Source of the DNA: an uncultured Hormoscilla sp.
Lineage (GTDB): Bacteria; Cyanobacteriota; Cyanobacteriia; Cyanobacteriales; Desertifilaceae
NCBI GenBank assembly: GCA_963921275.4
Contig: OZ001293.3
Location: 320,001 to 384,000, forward strand
Length of the DNA stretch: 64,000 bases
Direction of reading: 5' to 3'
The translations under genes were made by a program, and so were the position numbers. Positions 1 to 9,950 of the stretch are shown here, one piece after another. How positions within the stretch are numbered: the first letter of the stretch is position 1; each line of letters begins with the position of its first letter. The notes beneath the pieces were generated by a model. It made no database searches. It saw nothing but the letters and a program-made list of their open reading frames with translations, and was not told where the DNA came from.

Positions 1-25
1 GTTTTTCCATGATAATTACCCATTT

Positions 26-763
26 TTAAGTTGCTGGAATTAAGCGGAAGAGGAGGGAGAAAACGCCAAATCCTACCAATAATACCCCGCTAGCGGGTGT
101 AATCCAACCGGACCAGCGCCGCAATTCTAACAGCTTTTTAATCGAGGCGGTGAAGGTTCCCGCTAAAACTAAGGGCCCGACGTAGCCAGCGGCGTAGGAT
201 AGCAGCAATACCGTCCCCAGTATCGGGTTTTTGGTGGTGGAGATCCAAGCTAACAAGGTGGCTAATACGGGGGTACTGCAAGGAGAGGCTACTAGACCAA
301 AGGTTAAACCCAGGAGATAGGATCGGACCCCTGGGGGCAAGTCTTTGGAAATCCATTCGGTGCCCCCAAAGGACGGTAGTTGCAGGGATAAGGCTTCTAG
401 CAGATGCAACCCCATGACGATCGCGATCAGGCTAACGACGATCGGTAAGCCAATGCCGATTTGTCCGTAGACTTTACCCAGGACTGCTGCTATCATGCCC
501 AAGCTAGCCAGAGTTGTGGCTAATCCTAGGGCAAACCAGGTAGACGCTTGCACAGCTTGGATACGACTTTTGGCTTCGTAGCCGCCGATGTAGCCGATGG
601 CGATCGGCAGCATGGATAGCATACAGGGAGTGAGACTCGTGAGCAACCCGGCGGCGAATATGACGCCGATACTCAGCCAGCTGAGGTGTGTCAGTTGCTG
701 GGAAACTAGGTTTTCTCCTAGTTGTTGCAGTTGGTACAGCCCGATCGATAGTTTTTCTAGCAT
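26..763 (-). CDS. ccdA: Cytochrome c biogenesis protein CcdA
   Basis: TPCMLSMLP and SPCSTPVL motifs in a 6-TM protein. Confidence 0.93.
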   Translation of the reverse strand: MLEKLSIGLYQLQQLGENLVSQQLTHLSWLSIGVIFAAGLLTSLTPCMLSMLPIAIGYIGGYEAKSRIQAVQASTWFALGLATTLASLGMIAAVLGKVYGQIGIGLPIVVSLIAIVMGLHLLEALSLQLPSFGGTEWISKDLPPGVRSYLLGLTFGLVASPCSTPVLATLLAWISTTKNPILGTVLLLSYAAGYVGPLVLAGTFTASIKKLLELRRWSGWITPASGVLLVGFGVFSLLFRLIPAT

Positions 764-881
764 TTCCTGTCAGTTGTCAGTGGTCATTCGCGTCCGACGG
801 GTGTCTGGCCTCGTCCGAGGCGTCCGACGGGTGTCTCGCCTGTGCGGAGATTGTTCGTTCTCAATTCTCAATTCCCAATTC

Positions 882-2753
882 TCAAGAGTTCGCCCTATAT
901 AGTTCCTCAAGCCAAGCTGCTACGACTGGTGGTTTGGCTGTGAACCGGATGTAAAAACTGCCCGGTGCCGCAGGTTTTTCTAATACTTTAGCATAGATAT
1001 CTTCTCTCACATCAGTGGGAGCGTTGGGCGCGAGCAAATTCAGCTTAATATTGCTCAACCCACTGGGCAGATTTTTGGCAGCTACCGGAATGCGCTGCGC
1101 GCACGCTACGCGATCGCAGTACACCTCTGCTTCTTTAGCAGAAAGCTTAACAATCCTCCCCGACAATATGCGATCGTCAATATGCTTGCCATCCAAAACC
1201 CTGTATTGGATCTCGATTCCTGCCGTCAGGGGTTTGAATATCTCTGCTTCTGAAGACAAAAACAGGTTGTATTCCCCCCTTATACCCTCAAGTTCGTAAA
1301 TATTAATCGGTTCTTTAACCCCTTTCGGTTGTATTTGCTTTGGCCCCGAAACATTCACGCTCTCTCCCGCTGTTTTTAATGTCTGTTCTGAAATTAATAT
1401 CTGACCTCCTACTGTATAGGATTCAATCCGATATGTCAAGTTGACATTACTGCCAACTATTCCATATTTGGTGCGTTTCTCGGAACCGATATTTCCCACC
1501 ACCACTTCCCCCGTATTAATCCCAATCCCCATTTCTAGGGGCGGTAACCCCCATGCTTTCATCTTGGCGTTAACAGGTTCCATTGCCAACTGCATCTCCA
1601 CGGCACAGGCGATCGCCCTTTGATCATCGTCTACTCTGGCAGTCGGTGCCCCAAATAGCACTAATATGCCATCTCCCAGAAACTCATCGATCGTTCCTTG
1701 GTACTTAGTAATCGCATCTGCCATGTATTCAAAATAGAAATTGAGGATTTTTACCACCTCTTCGGGGGACAAGCGTTCTGATATGGTTGTAAACCCCCTC
1801 AGATCGGAAGCAAGAATAGTGACTTTCCGCTTTTCGCCCCCCAGTTTCAATCCTGAGGGACTTGACAGTAAATTTTCTACTACTTCATCGATCAAGTAAC
1901 GCCCAAAAACTTGACGAATTAGTCTGTTACTTTTTTCTAATTCTCTATTGCTGCTTGCCAAATTCGCTTCCGCATCCTTGCGATAGCTGATCGTTTCGGT
2001 GATTTTATGAAACATTTGATTGAAGGCAGAAATCACATCTCCCAATTCATCTTGGCGTTGGACTAAAGCTGAGTAAAAATTAGGCGGTTCTTCGTCTTTA
2101 CTAATAGCTTTTCCCGCCCCAATCAAGTCATTTCTCAGACGGAGAATCGGAGTAATCACGATCGGGTCTAAGGCGATCCAAGTTCCCGCCGTGACCACAA
2201 CCGAGATAATCAGTACCAGACCAGCAATCCGTAAAATAAAAGCCTTTAACTCTGGCTTGACAGAACTCGTATCGTGATGCAGAATCAAGGTGAAACCCCC
2301 CTGCATCATCTCCGGTGTCCATACCGCTTCATAGCGCTCGCCATTTTGGCTCCGCCAATTCATCTTCGATTCACTATGGACATCATCAAATGACAGCTGA
2401 GGTTCTTCACCAAAAGTACCCACCAGCGAGCCATCTGACCTGTAAAGCGCCCCGCCTACAATTATATGTTGAAGCTTCCCGATCAATCTGATCGGCTCAA
2501 GCTCATGGAGTTGTTTTACCTGCTCCAGGAATTCTTCATCATACATTTGCGGTTGGGTTATCTGCTTAATTACAGCCACCTTTCCTGCTGACACCTCTGA
2601 TATCTGCGAGAGCAACTCTTGTTCTCTTCTTAATACTGAAGGAATCAGCAGAATTGCTTCGATCGCCACCACACTGGTAAACACCCAGAACACCACCTTC
2701 CTGGACAAGCGCCCCGTACTCAGTTGCCACTTACCTTTTGTCTGAGCCGACAT
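882..2753 (-). CDS. Membrane class III adenylate/guanylate cyclase with sensor domain and HAMP
   Basis: Two TM segments, HAMP (QDELGDVISAFNQM), catalytic motifs SDLRGFT, FLGDG, GIGINTGEVVVGNIG. Confidence 0.9.
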   Translation of the reverse strand: MSAQTKGKWQLSTGRLSRKVVFWVFTSVVAIEAILLIPSVLRREQELLSQISEVSAGKVAVIKQITQPQMYDEEFLEQVKQLHELEPIRLIGKLQHIIVGGALYRSDGSLVGTFGEEPQLSFDDVHSESKMNWRSQNGERYEAVWTPEMMQGGFTLILHHDTSSVKPELKAFILRIAGLVLIISVVVTAGTWIALDPIVITPILRLRNDLIGAGKAISKDEEPPNFYSALVQRQDELGDVISAFNQMFHKITETISYRKDAEANLASSNRELEKSNRLIRQVFGRYLIDEVVENLLSSPSGLKLGGEKRKVTILASDLRGFTTISERLSPEEVVKILNFYFEYMADAITKYQGTIDEFLGDGILVLFGAPTARVDDDQRAIACAVEMQLAMEPVNAKMKAWGLPPLEMGIGINTGEVVVGNIGSEKRTKYGIVGSNVNLTYRIESYTVGGQILISEQTLKTAGESVNVSGPKQIQPKGVKEPINIYELEGIRGEYNLFLSSEAEIFKPLTAGIEIQYRVLDGKHIDDRILSGRIVKLSAKEAEVYCDRVACAQRIPVAAKNLPSGLSNIKLNLLAPNAPTDVREDIYAKVLEKPAAPGSFYIRFTAKPPVVAAWLEELYRANS

Positions 2754-2773
2754 TCCTTTTTCCTCCCTACTGC

Positions 2774-2907
2774 GCTGTGTCCTCCGGTCGGGAGATGTCT
2801 CCTGGTGAGGTATCTCCTGGGAGCGCTAGTCGCACTACCCAGGAGATACCTCGCGCTAAAAGCACTACCCAGGAGACATCGTAGGAGCACTACTCGGGAG
2901 ACACAGC
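2774..2907. repeat. Three nested copies of a short palindromic hairpin element
   Basis: Concentric inverted arms 2807-2821/2838-2852 and 2794-2805/2869-2880 inside an outer GCTGTGTC...GACACAGC pair. Confidence 0.75.
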
Positions 2908-2970
2908 CTGCACATTTTTCCCATTTTATAGCAGATCCCTTGTCAGTTGTCAATTTTTAATTTTTAATTG

Positions 2971-5524
2971 TCAATGGGGTATCCGCCGCACAGCTAGCAG
3001 GGTAATGTCGTCAAACTGATCGGCTGCCCCAGCATGTTCTAGCACAGCTTCTGAGATTTGTTCTAGCAAGGTAGTGACAGAAGGGACAGGCTGCTCTAAC
3101 ATTGACAGCAATCCTTTGGTCGTGAAAAACTCGCCCCCAGCAGCCCGGGCCTCCGGAACGCCGTCGGTGTAACCTAACAGGGTCTGTGCGATTCGTTCTA
3201 GCCTAACGTGGTCAAACACGGAACGCTAGCCCGGTTTCATTAGCCGGGAACTCTGACCGCATGGGGGTTAAATTCCCCTCCCCCCAGGTACGGGGGTGAC
3301 ACCGGTCCTCGGTGCTACGAAGCGACATCATCGTGGTGCTAAGCGAGGACTCAAATGTAGGATAACTGGCAGCCTAAGCCGGTGACGCCGCTAGGAAAGA
3401 TATCCAAGGTTAGAGCAGGCAAACATGTGCAAGCCTCGTTATAAGGAACCAGCGAAATAAGGCTATATGCGCTGGCCTAAAAAGGAAATGGTAGCTAGTA
3501 TTAGTTTTAGACTCTGGCTAATATAGTACTCAAATAGCTCCCGGGGTATAGTGTGGACCTAAAGGTATCGCGAAATGTTGTTAGGGAACGAAGTAACCTC
3601 TCGTGTGCTGTCCATCAGGACAAGTTAGATGTTAAGCGCAAGCCACGGGGGGAGGGATGGCCCAAGAAGCGAATGCCCGGGGTAATTCCTGGGATAACAT
3701 CTACAGTAATGTAGATGATGCTGGGTAGCCAGCGCTGACGTGGGTCGGTGATACTAGGAAGCTGCTGGAATGAGTAATCCTAAAAAGCCACGGAACTAAT
3801 CCGAAACGCAAGTGGAGGATAAGGTATGGATAACTGGTAAAACTGACTTGAAAATGGTGATACTAACGGTTATCAGAACAACCACTCGCTAAACCAGGAA
3901 AGGGAAGAAAAGACAGGCGGCAAGGGCTAACGGAAGTAATTCCTATTAAGTCTACCTATGAAAAGGGCCTAGTACCCAGTAGCCGGATGCGGTGAAAATC
4001 GCAAGTCCGGTTCCTCAAGGGAGGGTCGGGAAGCGATTCCCGACTCGACCCCATCCCGCCCGGTTCTAAGCGAGTCTGCTGAACCTTAAATTTCAGGTCG
4101 GGCAACATTCCCACCGCTGGTCCGGTAGATTTAAGCCGCTGTTTCACCCCTCCATTCGGGTTGACGATAAATAGATCCTCGTGTCCGCCATTAATGTAGG
4201 TGAGCAAACCGGTCGCTGGGTCCAACACACCAAAGAAGAGGGTGGCAAACATACCCAGTTCGCCGTGATTTTCAGCGATGTAGTTATTGGTCACCTTCAC
4301 AGCTTGCAAGGCATTCAGGTGAGCTAAGTTAATTGATTTCGACTCTCCAATCCAGCCGTCAGCAGGACTATTCGTCTCCAGAATACCTGATGCATTTCCT
4401 TTCAGTCGGATTTGATGAGAAAAGATCCGGATTAAGCTACGGAACAGACCCATAAACAGTGCTGCACCTACCCCTTTGTCGCAGACATCCGCAATCACTA
4501 AGCCCACATATTCATCAATCTCGAAGCTGTCGTAGAAGTCCCCTGCTACTTGACGTGCTGGTTTGAAAAAGGCGGCGATTTCCCAACCCGGTTTTTGCAT
4601 CACTTGAACCGGTTTTTCAATCACATGCACCGGCAGAAAGTTGGTCTGCATCTCCCGACCTTTGCCTAATTCTTCGTTGAGCTTTTGCGAATATTCTTCA
4701 ACTTTATTTAAGCTCCCTTGTAGGGCCGCTTCCGCCTGCTTGCGATCGCTGATTGCCTCGGTGATTTGAGCGAACATTTGATTGAAGGCAGAAATCACAT
4801 CTCCCAACTCATCTTGGCGTTGCACTGAAGCTGAGTAAAAATCTGGCGGTTCTGCGTCTTTGCCGATCGCTTCCCCCGCCCCAATCAAGTCATTTCTCAG
4901 ACGGATAATCGGAGTAATCGCGATCGGGTCTAAGGCGATCCAAGTTCCCGCCGTGACCACAACCGAGATAATCAGCACCAGACCAGCAATCCGTAAAATA
5001 AAAGCCTTTAACTCTGGCTTGACAGAACTCGTATCGTGACGCAGAATTAAAGTGTAACCCCCCTGCATCATCTCCGGTGTCCATACCGCTTCATAGCGCT
5101 CGCCATTTTGGCTCCGGAAATCCCTTACCGACTTACTATTGACATCATCAAATGACACTTCCGGTTCTTCACCAAAGGTACCCACTAGGGTACTATCCGA
5201 CTTGTAAAGCGCCCCTCCTATAATTTTATGTTGAAGCTTCCAGATCGGATTGATCGGATCCAGATCCTGAAGTTTTTTGACCTCTTTGAGGAATTCGTCA
5301 TCATACATTTGCGGTTGGATTACCTGCTTAATTACCGCCACCTTGCCTGCTGACACCTCCTGTATTTGCGATATAAACTCTTTTTCTCGTCTCAATACTG
5401 AAGGAATCAGCAGAATTGCTTCGATCGCCATCACACTGGTAAACACCCAGAACACCACCTTCCTTGACAACCGGCTTGTGGGCAGTTTGAAACCACCTTT
5501 AGCTTCAGCAGACATAACTTTCAT
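2971..5524 (-). pseudogene. PP2C/SpoIIE (RsbU-like) phosphatase with sensor and HAMP, interrupted by an antisense group II intron
   Basis: VAGDFYD, IADVCDKG, YTDG and DDIT motifs; removing 3186-4056 restores RLEPG-E-TLLGYTDG in frame. Confidence 0.9.
3186..4056 (+). ncRNA. ORF-less group II intron (IIB-like), 871 nt
   Basis: 5' GTGCG; domain V AGCCGGATGCGGTGAAAATCGCAAGTCCGGTT at 3981; domain VI hairpin with bulged A; no RT ORF; removal restores the host frame. Confidence 0.93.
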
Positions 5525-5539
5525 AACTTTTTCTCCTAC

Positions 5540-5998
5540 CTACTCGATCTCCTTTTCTTCGGCATTATAGTAGCTAATACTCTGCCGATTCACCACAAAT
5601 ATATTGCGATTGCGGTCTCCCACCCGTTCGTAGATGAACTTATCCACTCCCTCGATCGCCAGATACAGTCCCAAACCCCCGATCGGTCGATCTTCTAAAG
5701 GCTTATTCAACATTTCCTCTTCCACTGTTTCAATCGGGATTAGATCGTAGGCTTCACCTGTATCTTCTATCCAGATATTTAAAGTTTTCTCCTCTATCTT
5801 TGCCTGCAATTCTACATCTCCTTCCATTCCCGCTTCCTCATACCCGTGAGTAATGATATTGGTTGCGATTTCATCTACTGCTAGCCGCAGTTTATAGGAT
5901 GCTTTTTTGTCCAATCCTGCTGATGACGCAGCTGCCATCACGTATTTGGCGATCGCACTTAAAGACTCCAGCTTTCCAGATACTTTCAAACTTTCCAT
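5540..5998 (-). CDS. Anti-sigma factor/serine kinase (RsbW/SpoIIAB-like HATPase)
   Basis: LAVDEIATNIITHGY, EDTG and GGLGLYL motifs. Confidence 0.9.
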   Translation of the reverse strand: MESLKVSGKLESLSAIAKYVMAAASSAGLDKKASYKLRLAVDEIATNIITHGYEEAGMEGDVELQAKIEEKTLNIWIEDTGEAYDLIPIETVEEEMLNKPLEDRPIGGLGLYLAIEGVDKFIYERVGDRNRNIFVVNRQSISYYNAEEKEIE

Positions 5999-6071
5999 AA
6001 GGATCGCCTCCTTTTTAATTCAGACTTTTACCTTAATTTTATGGACTATATCCCCCAAGCATTTGATTCAA

Positions 6072-6269
6072 TTATTGTCTGTAAAATGACCGATAGCGAT
6101 GCACCGCTAGCATGGTAATGTCATCAAACTGTGGCGCCTTATCAATATAAGCAAATAAACTGCTTTTGACGCGCTCCAATAATTCAGATGCTGATGCTGG
6201 CTGAAGAAGAAGTTCGCGCAGTCGCTTGTCAGTAAATAACTTCCCATCAGGGGATTTAGCATCAGTCAC
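6072..6269 (-). pseudogene. C-terminal remnant of a second PP2C/SpoIIE phosphatase
   Basis: VTDAKSPDGKLF...QFDDITML with no recognisable upstream domain. Confidence 0.75.
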
Positions 6270-6523
6270 GTGGGTCAGCGAACCTTTTTTCGCGATCTAA
6301 GAGGCTCAATTCCTCTGCCCCTATCGTTCCATCCACCTGCGAGCAACTATTTATGGCATTTCTCAAAACCCGTGCGCTCTATTGTCAAATCGCTGAAACA
6401 CTTACGCTGTCCGCAATTTACCTCATTTCATCAATCTCAAATCATATCGCATCTATCTGAGAAACGCTATCTGCTTGCTAATTGCTAATTATTCTTCTCC
6501 TTTCTCCTTTCTCCTTATATCAT

Positions 6524-6805
6524 TCAAAAACTTGACTGAATAATACCGCCTTCTACACGTTGGGCAGCACCATTTATCGCTGAAGCATTTGCCGCCGTTC
6601 CTGCAGCTGTTCCCACATCCGCAACGATGCCGACAACTTCACCCTGCTGACTTAGTTCCTTGACTGTCTCCTCTACTGTTTCCGAGAAGCGACCATTGAC
6701 AAATACTTTCGCACCTTCCCGGAGAAAAGCCCTAGCTGTTGCTTTGCCAATTCCTGCTGTTGACTCCGTGACCAGTACGCTTTTTGAAGCCAAACCTAAA
6801 TCCAT
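6524..6805 (-). pseudogene. Short-chain dehydrogenase remnant with internal deletion
   Basis: Rossmann N-terminus (VLVTESTAGIG) joined directly to an SDR C-terminus (ASAINGAAQRVEGG). Confidence 0.8.
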
Positions 6806-6829
6806 AATTTTACCCTCCCTTCGATCTTT

Positions 6830-7171
6830 CTACAGGTTTTCTATCTGTTCCGTGTCATACTCATCTATAATATAAACGCTCCGATCGAAGCCCGTCTTCT
6901 TAATAGTATCCAGCACCATCTCCTGAACCCCTACCAGATATATGTCTACAGATGTCCCCATCTTTTGCTTGGAGAAGATCAGCACCCGCAGACCGGCGCT
7001 GGCCATATACTCTAGGTCTTGCATTAGCAAAACCAGGCGTTGAGGTTTTGCTGCTGCTGCTGCTTCTACCTTCGCCTTGAACGCTGGTGCTGTTGCACCA
7101 TCCAGTTCTCCTGATAAAGTTATTTTCGCGATGCCGCTGCTTGTTGTTTCTAGATTTGCGTCAAAAGCCAT
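6830..7171 (-). CDS. STAS-domain anti-sigma factor antagonist
   Basis: GELD...YMASAGLRVL motif. Confidence 0.92.
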   Translation of the reverse strand: MAFDANLETTSSGIAKITLSGELDGATAPAFKAKVEAAAAAKPQRLVLLMQDLEYMASAGLRVLIFSKQKMGTSVDIYLVGVQEMVLDTIKKTGFDRSVYIIDEYDTEQIENL

Positions 7172-7223
7172 AATCTTCTGCTATTTCTTTTGTTTGTAGT
7201 AAGCGCTTTACCGCTTCTTAGGG

Positions 7224-9344
7224 CTACTTGCCCACGAGGATGACCACAGATCGATCGCCCAGCAGGAGTTTGTGCTGTTCTGACAGCACCGGTTCCGTAC
7301 CCGGTTGCCAACTGGCTTCTCCTGGGGGGGCACCTGTGTTAGCGAAGACATGCCACTGCATCCCGTCTGGCAATCCTGGGATTTCAAACCAGTGAGCTTG
7401 ATAGTGCATATTCATCGCCACATAGATGTAATTATCCTGTACTGTCCCTTCTTTAGCATGTTTCCCACATAGCATAAAGGCTAGGGTCTTGCTGTCGGAA
7501 GACCAGTCCGCGTTCCATGCCTGGGTGCCATGCCAGGTAATATCAGCATAGCCGCTGCCGACGTAGTTTCGATTCTGGAAATGATAGCGATTTCTCAGCA
7601 CTGGGTAGGCTTTGCGGAAGGCTATGCAGTGCTTGACAAAGTTAAATATGTCTACATTTTTCTTGACATAGCTCCAGTCTAGCCAGTTCAGCTCGTTATC
7701 GTGGCAATAGGTATTGTTATTGCCATGCTTGGTGCGCCCCATCTCATCTCCCATCAGCATCATCGCCACCCCCTGACTCACCATCAACATGGCGATCGCA
7801 TTCTTTATCTGCCGGTGCCGCAACGCATTGATGCCCGCATCTTCCGTCGGCCCTTCCCAACCGCAGTTCCAACTATCATTATCATTACTACCGTCATTAT
7901 TGTTTTCGCCGTTGGCTTCATTATGCTTGCCGTTATACGAAACCATATCCATCAGCGTAAAACCGTCGTGGGCCGTAATGAAATTTATCGATGTTGCCGG
8001 TGCCCTTCCGGCCCAAGCATAGAGGTCTGGGGAACCTTGCAAGCGCTGGGCCATATCCCCTACCGTCCCATCTCCCTTCAGGAACTTGCGGATGCCATCC
8101 CGATACTTGCCATTCCACTCCGCCCAGCGTCCGAAGGCGGGAAAAGAACCCACCTGGTAAAGTCCACCCGCATCCCATGCTTCCGCAATCAGTTTACACT
8201 TGGCTAAGATCGGGTCAAAAGCTAGCGTTTCTAACAGCGGTGGGTTAGCTAGGGGTGCGCTCCAAGGATCCCGTCCTAGGATCGATGCCAGGTCAAAACG
8301 AAAGCCATCAATGTGATATTCACTCGCCCAGTAGCGCAGGCAATCTAGTACGATATTCCGGACGATCGGGTTATTGCAGTTGAGAGTATTGCCACAGCCC
8401 GAGAAGTTATAGTAGTATCCTTCGGGCGTCAGCATATAGTAGGTTTTGTTGTCAATGCCTCGGAAAGATATATAGGGACCATTTTCATTGCCTTCCGCCG
8501 TGTGATTGAACACCACATCCAGAATCACTTCTATCCCGTTTTTGTGCAATTCTTTGACTAGGTTTTTCAGTTCGTCCACTTGCATCCCTAGCTTTCCCGT
8601 CGCCGCGTACCCTGCCTTGGGGGCAAAGAAACCTACCGTACTGTATCCCCAGTAGTTGTAAAGCGTTTCCCCCGTTTCCGGGTTGGGGCGGGAATTTTCA
8701 AACTCGTCAAATTCATATATGGGCATCAGTTCTACAGCATTGACGCCCAACTCCTTCAGGTAGGCAATTTTGTCCCGCAGTCCTGCAAATGTGCCTTGAT
8801 GATTCTCTTTGACCCCTGAAGATGGGTGGCGGGTAAAGCTGCGGACGTGCATCTCATATATTATCATATCCTCCGGCGGTATTTCCAGAGGCCGATCGTT
8901 CTGCCAGTCGAAATCATCGAAGGCTATTCTGGCCCGATGATGGTAAATGTTATTCCAGTCTGGCGTTACTCCCCAAACATCCCGACCCCCGATAATCTTG
9001 GCGTAGGGGTCCATGAGAATTTTGCTTTTGTCAAACCATTGACCTTCATGAAAATTATTCGGCCCATTCATTCTATAGCCGTATTCGATATTTTCGTAAT
9101 CTAGATCGAATACCACCATGCAGTACACATTTCCGATCCGGAATTCCTCGGGAAATGGTATTTCTGCCATTGGTGCTTCCGCCTGCTTCTTAAACAGCAC
9201 TAATGTACAGGATGTGGCATGGCTTGAGAAAATCGAGAAGTTAATGCCCGACGGCACTATTGTCGCACCAAAAGGAAATGGCTTCCCACAGCGCAGTTTG
9301 TACTCCCCGTAATTATGTGTCGGATGAATGTCTATTCTTTCCAT
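7224..9344 (-). CDS. glgX: Glycogen debranching enzyme/isoamylase (GH13)
   Basis: YWGYST, DVVFNH, DGFRFDLA, AEAWD and TAHDGFTL motifs. Confidence 0.93.
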   Translation of the reverse strand: MERIDIHPTHNYGEYKLRCGKPFPFGATIVPSGINFSIFSSHATSCTLVLFKKQAEAPMAEIPFPEEFRIGNVYCMVVFDLDYENIEYGYRMNGPNNFHEGQWFDKSKILMDPYAKIIGGRDVWGVTPDWNNIYHHRARIAFDDFDWQNDRPLEIPPEDMIIYEMHVRSFTRHPSSGVKENHQGTFAGLRDKIAYLKELGVNAVELMPIYEFDEFENSRPNPETGETLYNYWGYSTVGFFAPKAGYAATGKLGMQVDELKNLVKELHKNGIEVILDVVFNHTAEGNENGPYISFRGIDNKTYYMLTPEGYYYNFSGCGNTLNCNNPIVRNIVLDCLRYWASEYHIDGFRFDLASILGRDPWSAPLANPPLLETLAFDPILAKCKLIAEAWDAGGLYQVGSFPAFGRWAEWNGKYRDGIRKFLKGDGTVGDMAQRLQGSPDLYAWAGRAPATSINFITAHDGFTLMDMVSYNGKHNEANGENNNDGSNDNDSWNCGWEGPTEDAGINALRHRQIKNAIAMLMVSQGVAMMLMGDEMGRTKHGNNNTYCHDNELNWLDWSYVKKNVDIFNFVKHCIAFRKAYPVLRNRYHFQNRNYVGSGYADITWHGTQAWNADWSSDSKTLAFMLCGKHAKEGTVQDNYIYVAMNMHYQAHWFEIPGLPDGMQWHVFANTGAPPGEASWQPGTEPVLSEQHKLLLGDRSVVILVGK

Positions 9345-9374
9345 TATCTGTCTTGCTTCTCAATTCTCTCTTCC

Positions 9375-9716
9375 TTAGCTTTTGAGTGCTGTCAACCCTG
9401 CATCTACTGTCTCGCTAATTGTGAAAAAGTCCAGAAATCCCGTTACGGACATGGTGTCTTGCAACTCTTCCGACAGCCCCACCAGTACCAGTTTTCCTTC
9501 TTTCCCTTGGGTCTGCCGGTACATACACAGCAGCATCCGCAAGCCTGCACTGGACATGTACTGCACCTGTTTCATATCCATAAGAATCTTACTCCCGGGC
9601 TCAGCTAGGGGTAAAATTTGCTTTTGCACCTCCGGCGCCGTGCTAGCATCTACGTCACCACTCAGTTCTACTACCTTTATCCCTTCAACTGTCTTAATCT
9701 CGATCTCTATTGCCAT
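9375..9716 (-). CDS. STAS-domain anti-sigma factor antagonist
   Basis: GDVD...YMSSAGLRML; ATG at 9716 chosen because the longer ORF starts inside a tandem repeat. Confidence 0.9.
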   Translation of the reverse strand: MAIEIEIKTVEGIKVVELSGDVDASTAPEVQKQILPLAEPGSKILMDMKQVQYMSSAGLRMLLCMYRQTQGKEGKLVLVGLSEELQDTMSVTGFLDFFTISETVDAGLTALKS

Positions 9717-9770
9717 GATTCTGCGCTTGACTATTACTCTTGCGATCATGGATGAGCCATGACCGCTACT

Positions 9771-9946
9771 GCAAACGGTAAACGCTTTAGCGTTTACTAC
9801 AAACCGCAAACGGCAAACGCTTTAGCGTTTACTACAAACCGCAAACGGCAAACGCTTTAGCGTTTACTACAAACCGCAAACGGCAAACGCTTTAGCGTTT
9901 ACTACAAACCGCAAACGGCAAACGCTTTAGCGTTTACTACAAACCG
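9771..9946. repeat. Tandem repeat, 35-bp unit x5 (AAACGCTTTAGCGTTTACTACAAACCGCAAACGGC)
   Basis: Identical units without spacers; internal palindrome AAACGCTTTAGCGTTT. Confidence 0.95.
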
Positions 9947-9950
9947 ACGA

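Noticed and set aside
3956..4056. C-terminal tail GMGSSRESLPDPPLRNRTCDFHRIRLL of the PP2C ORF
   Set aside because: It is the antisense reading of intron domains V/VI, not host protein
2011..5117. Diversity-generating retroelement template/variable repeat pair
   Set aside because: Both repeats are coding sensor/HAMP regions, differences are not adenine-specific, and no RT is present
7701..9312. Antisense ORFs over glgX, and similar shadow ORFs elsewhere
   Set aside because: They overlap well-supported genes on the other strand and have no recognisable motifs
9771..9946. Possible CRISPR array
   Set aside because: The units are contiguous and identical, with no unique spacers and no cas genes; it is a tandem repeat
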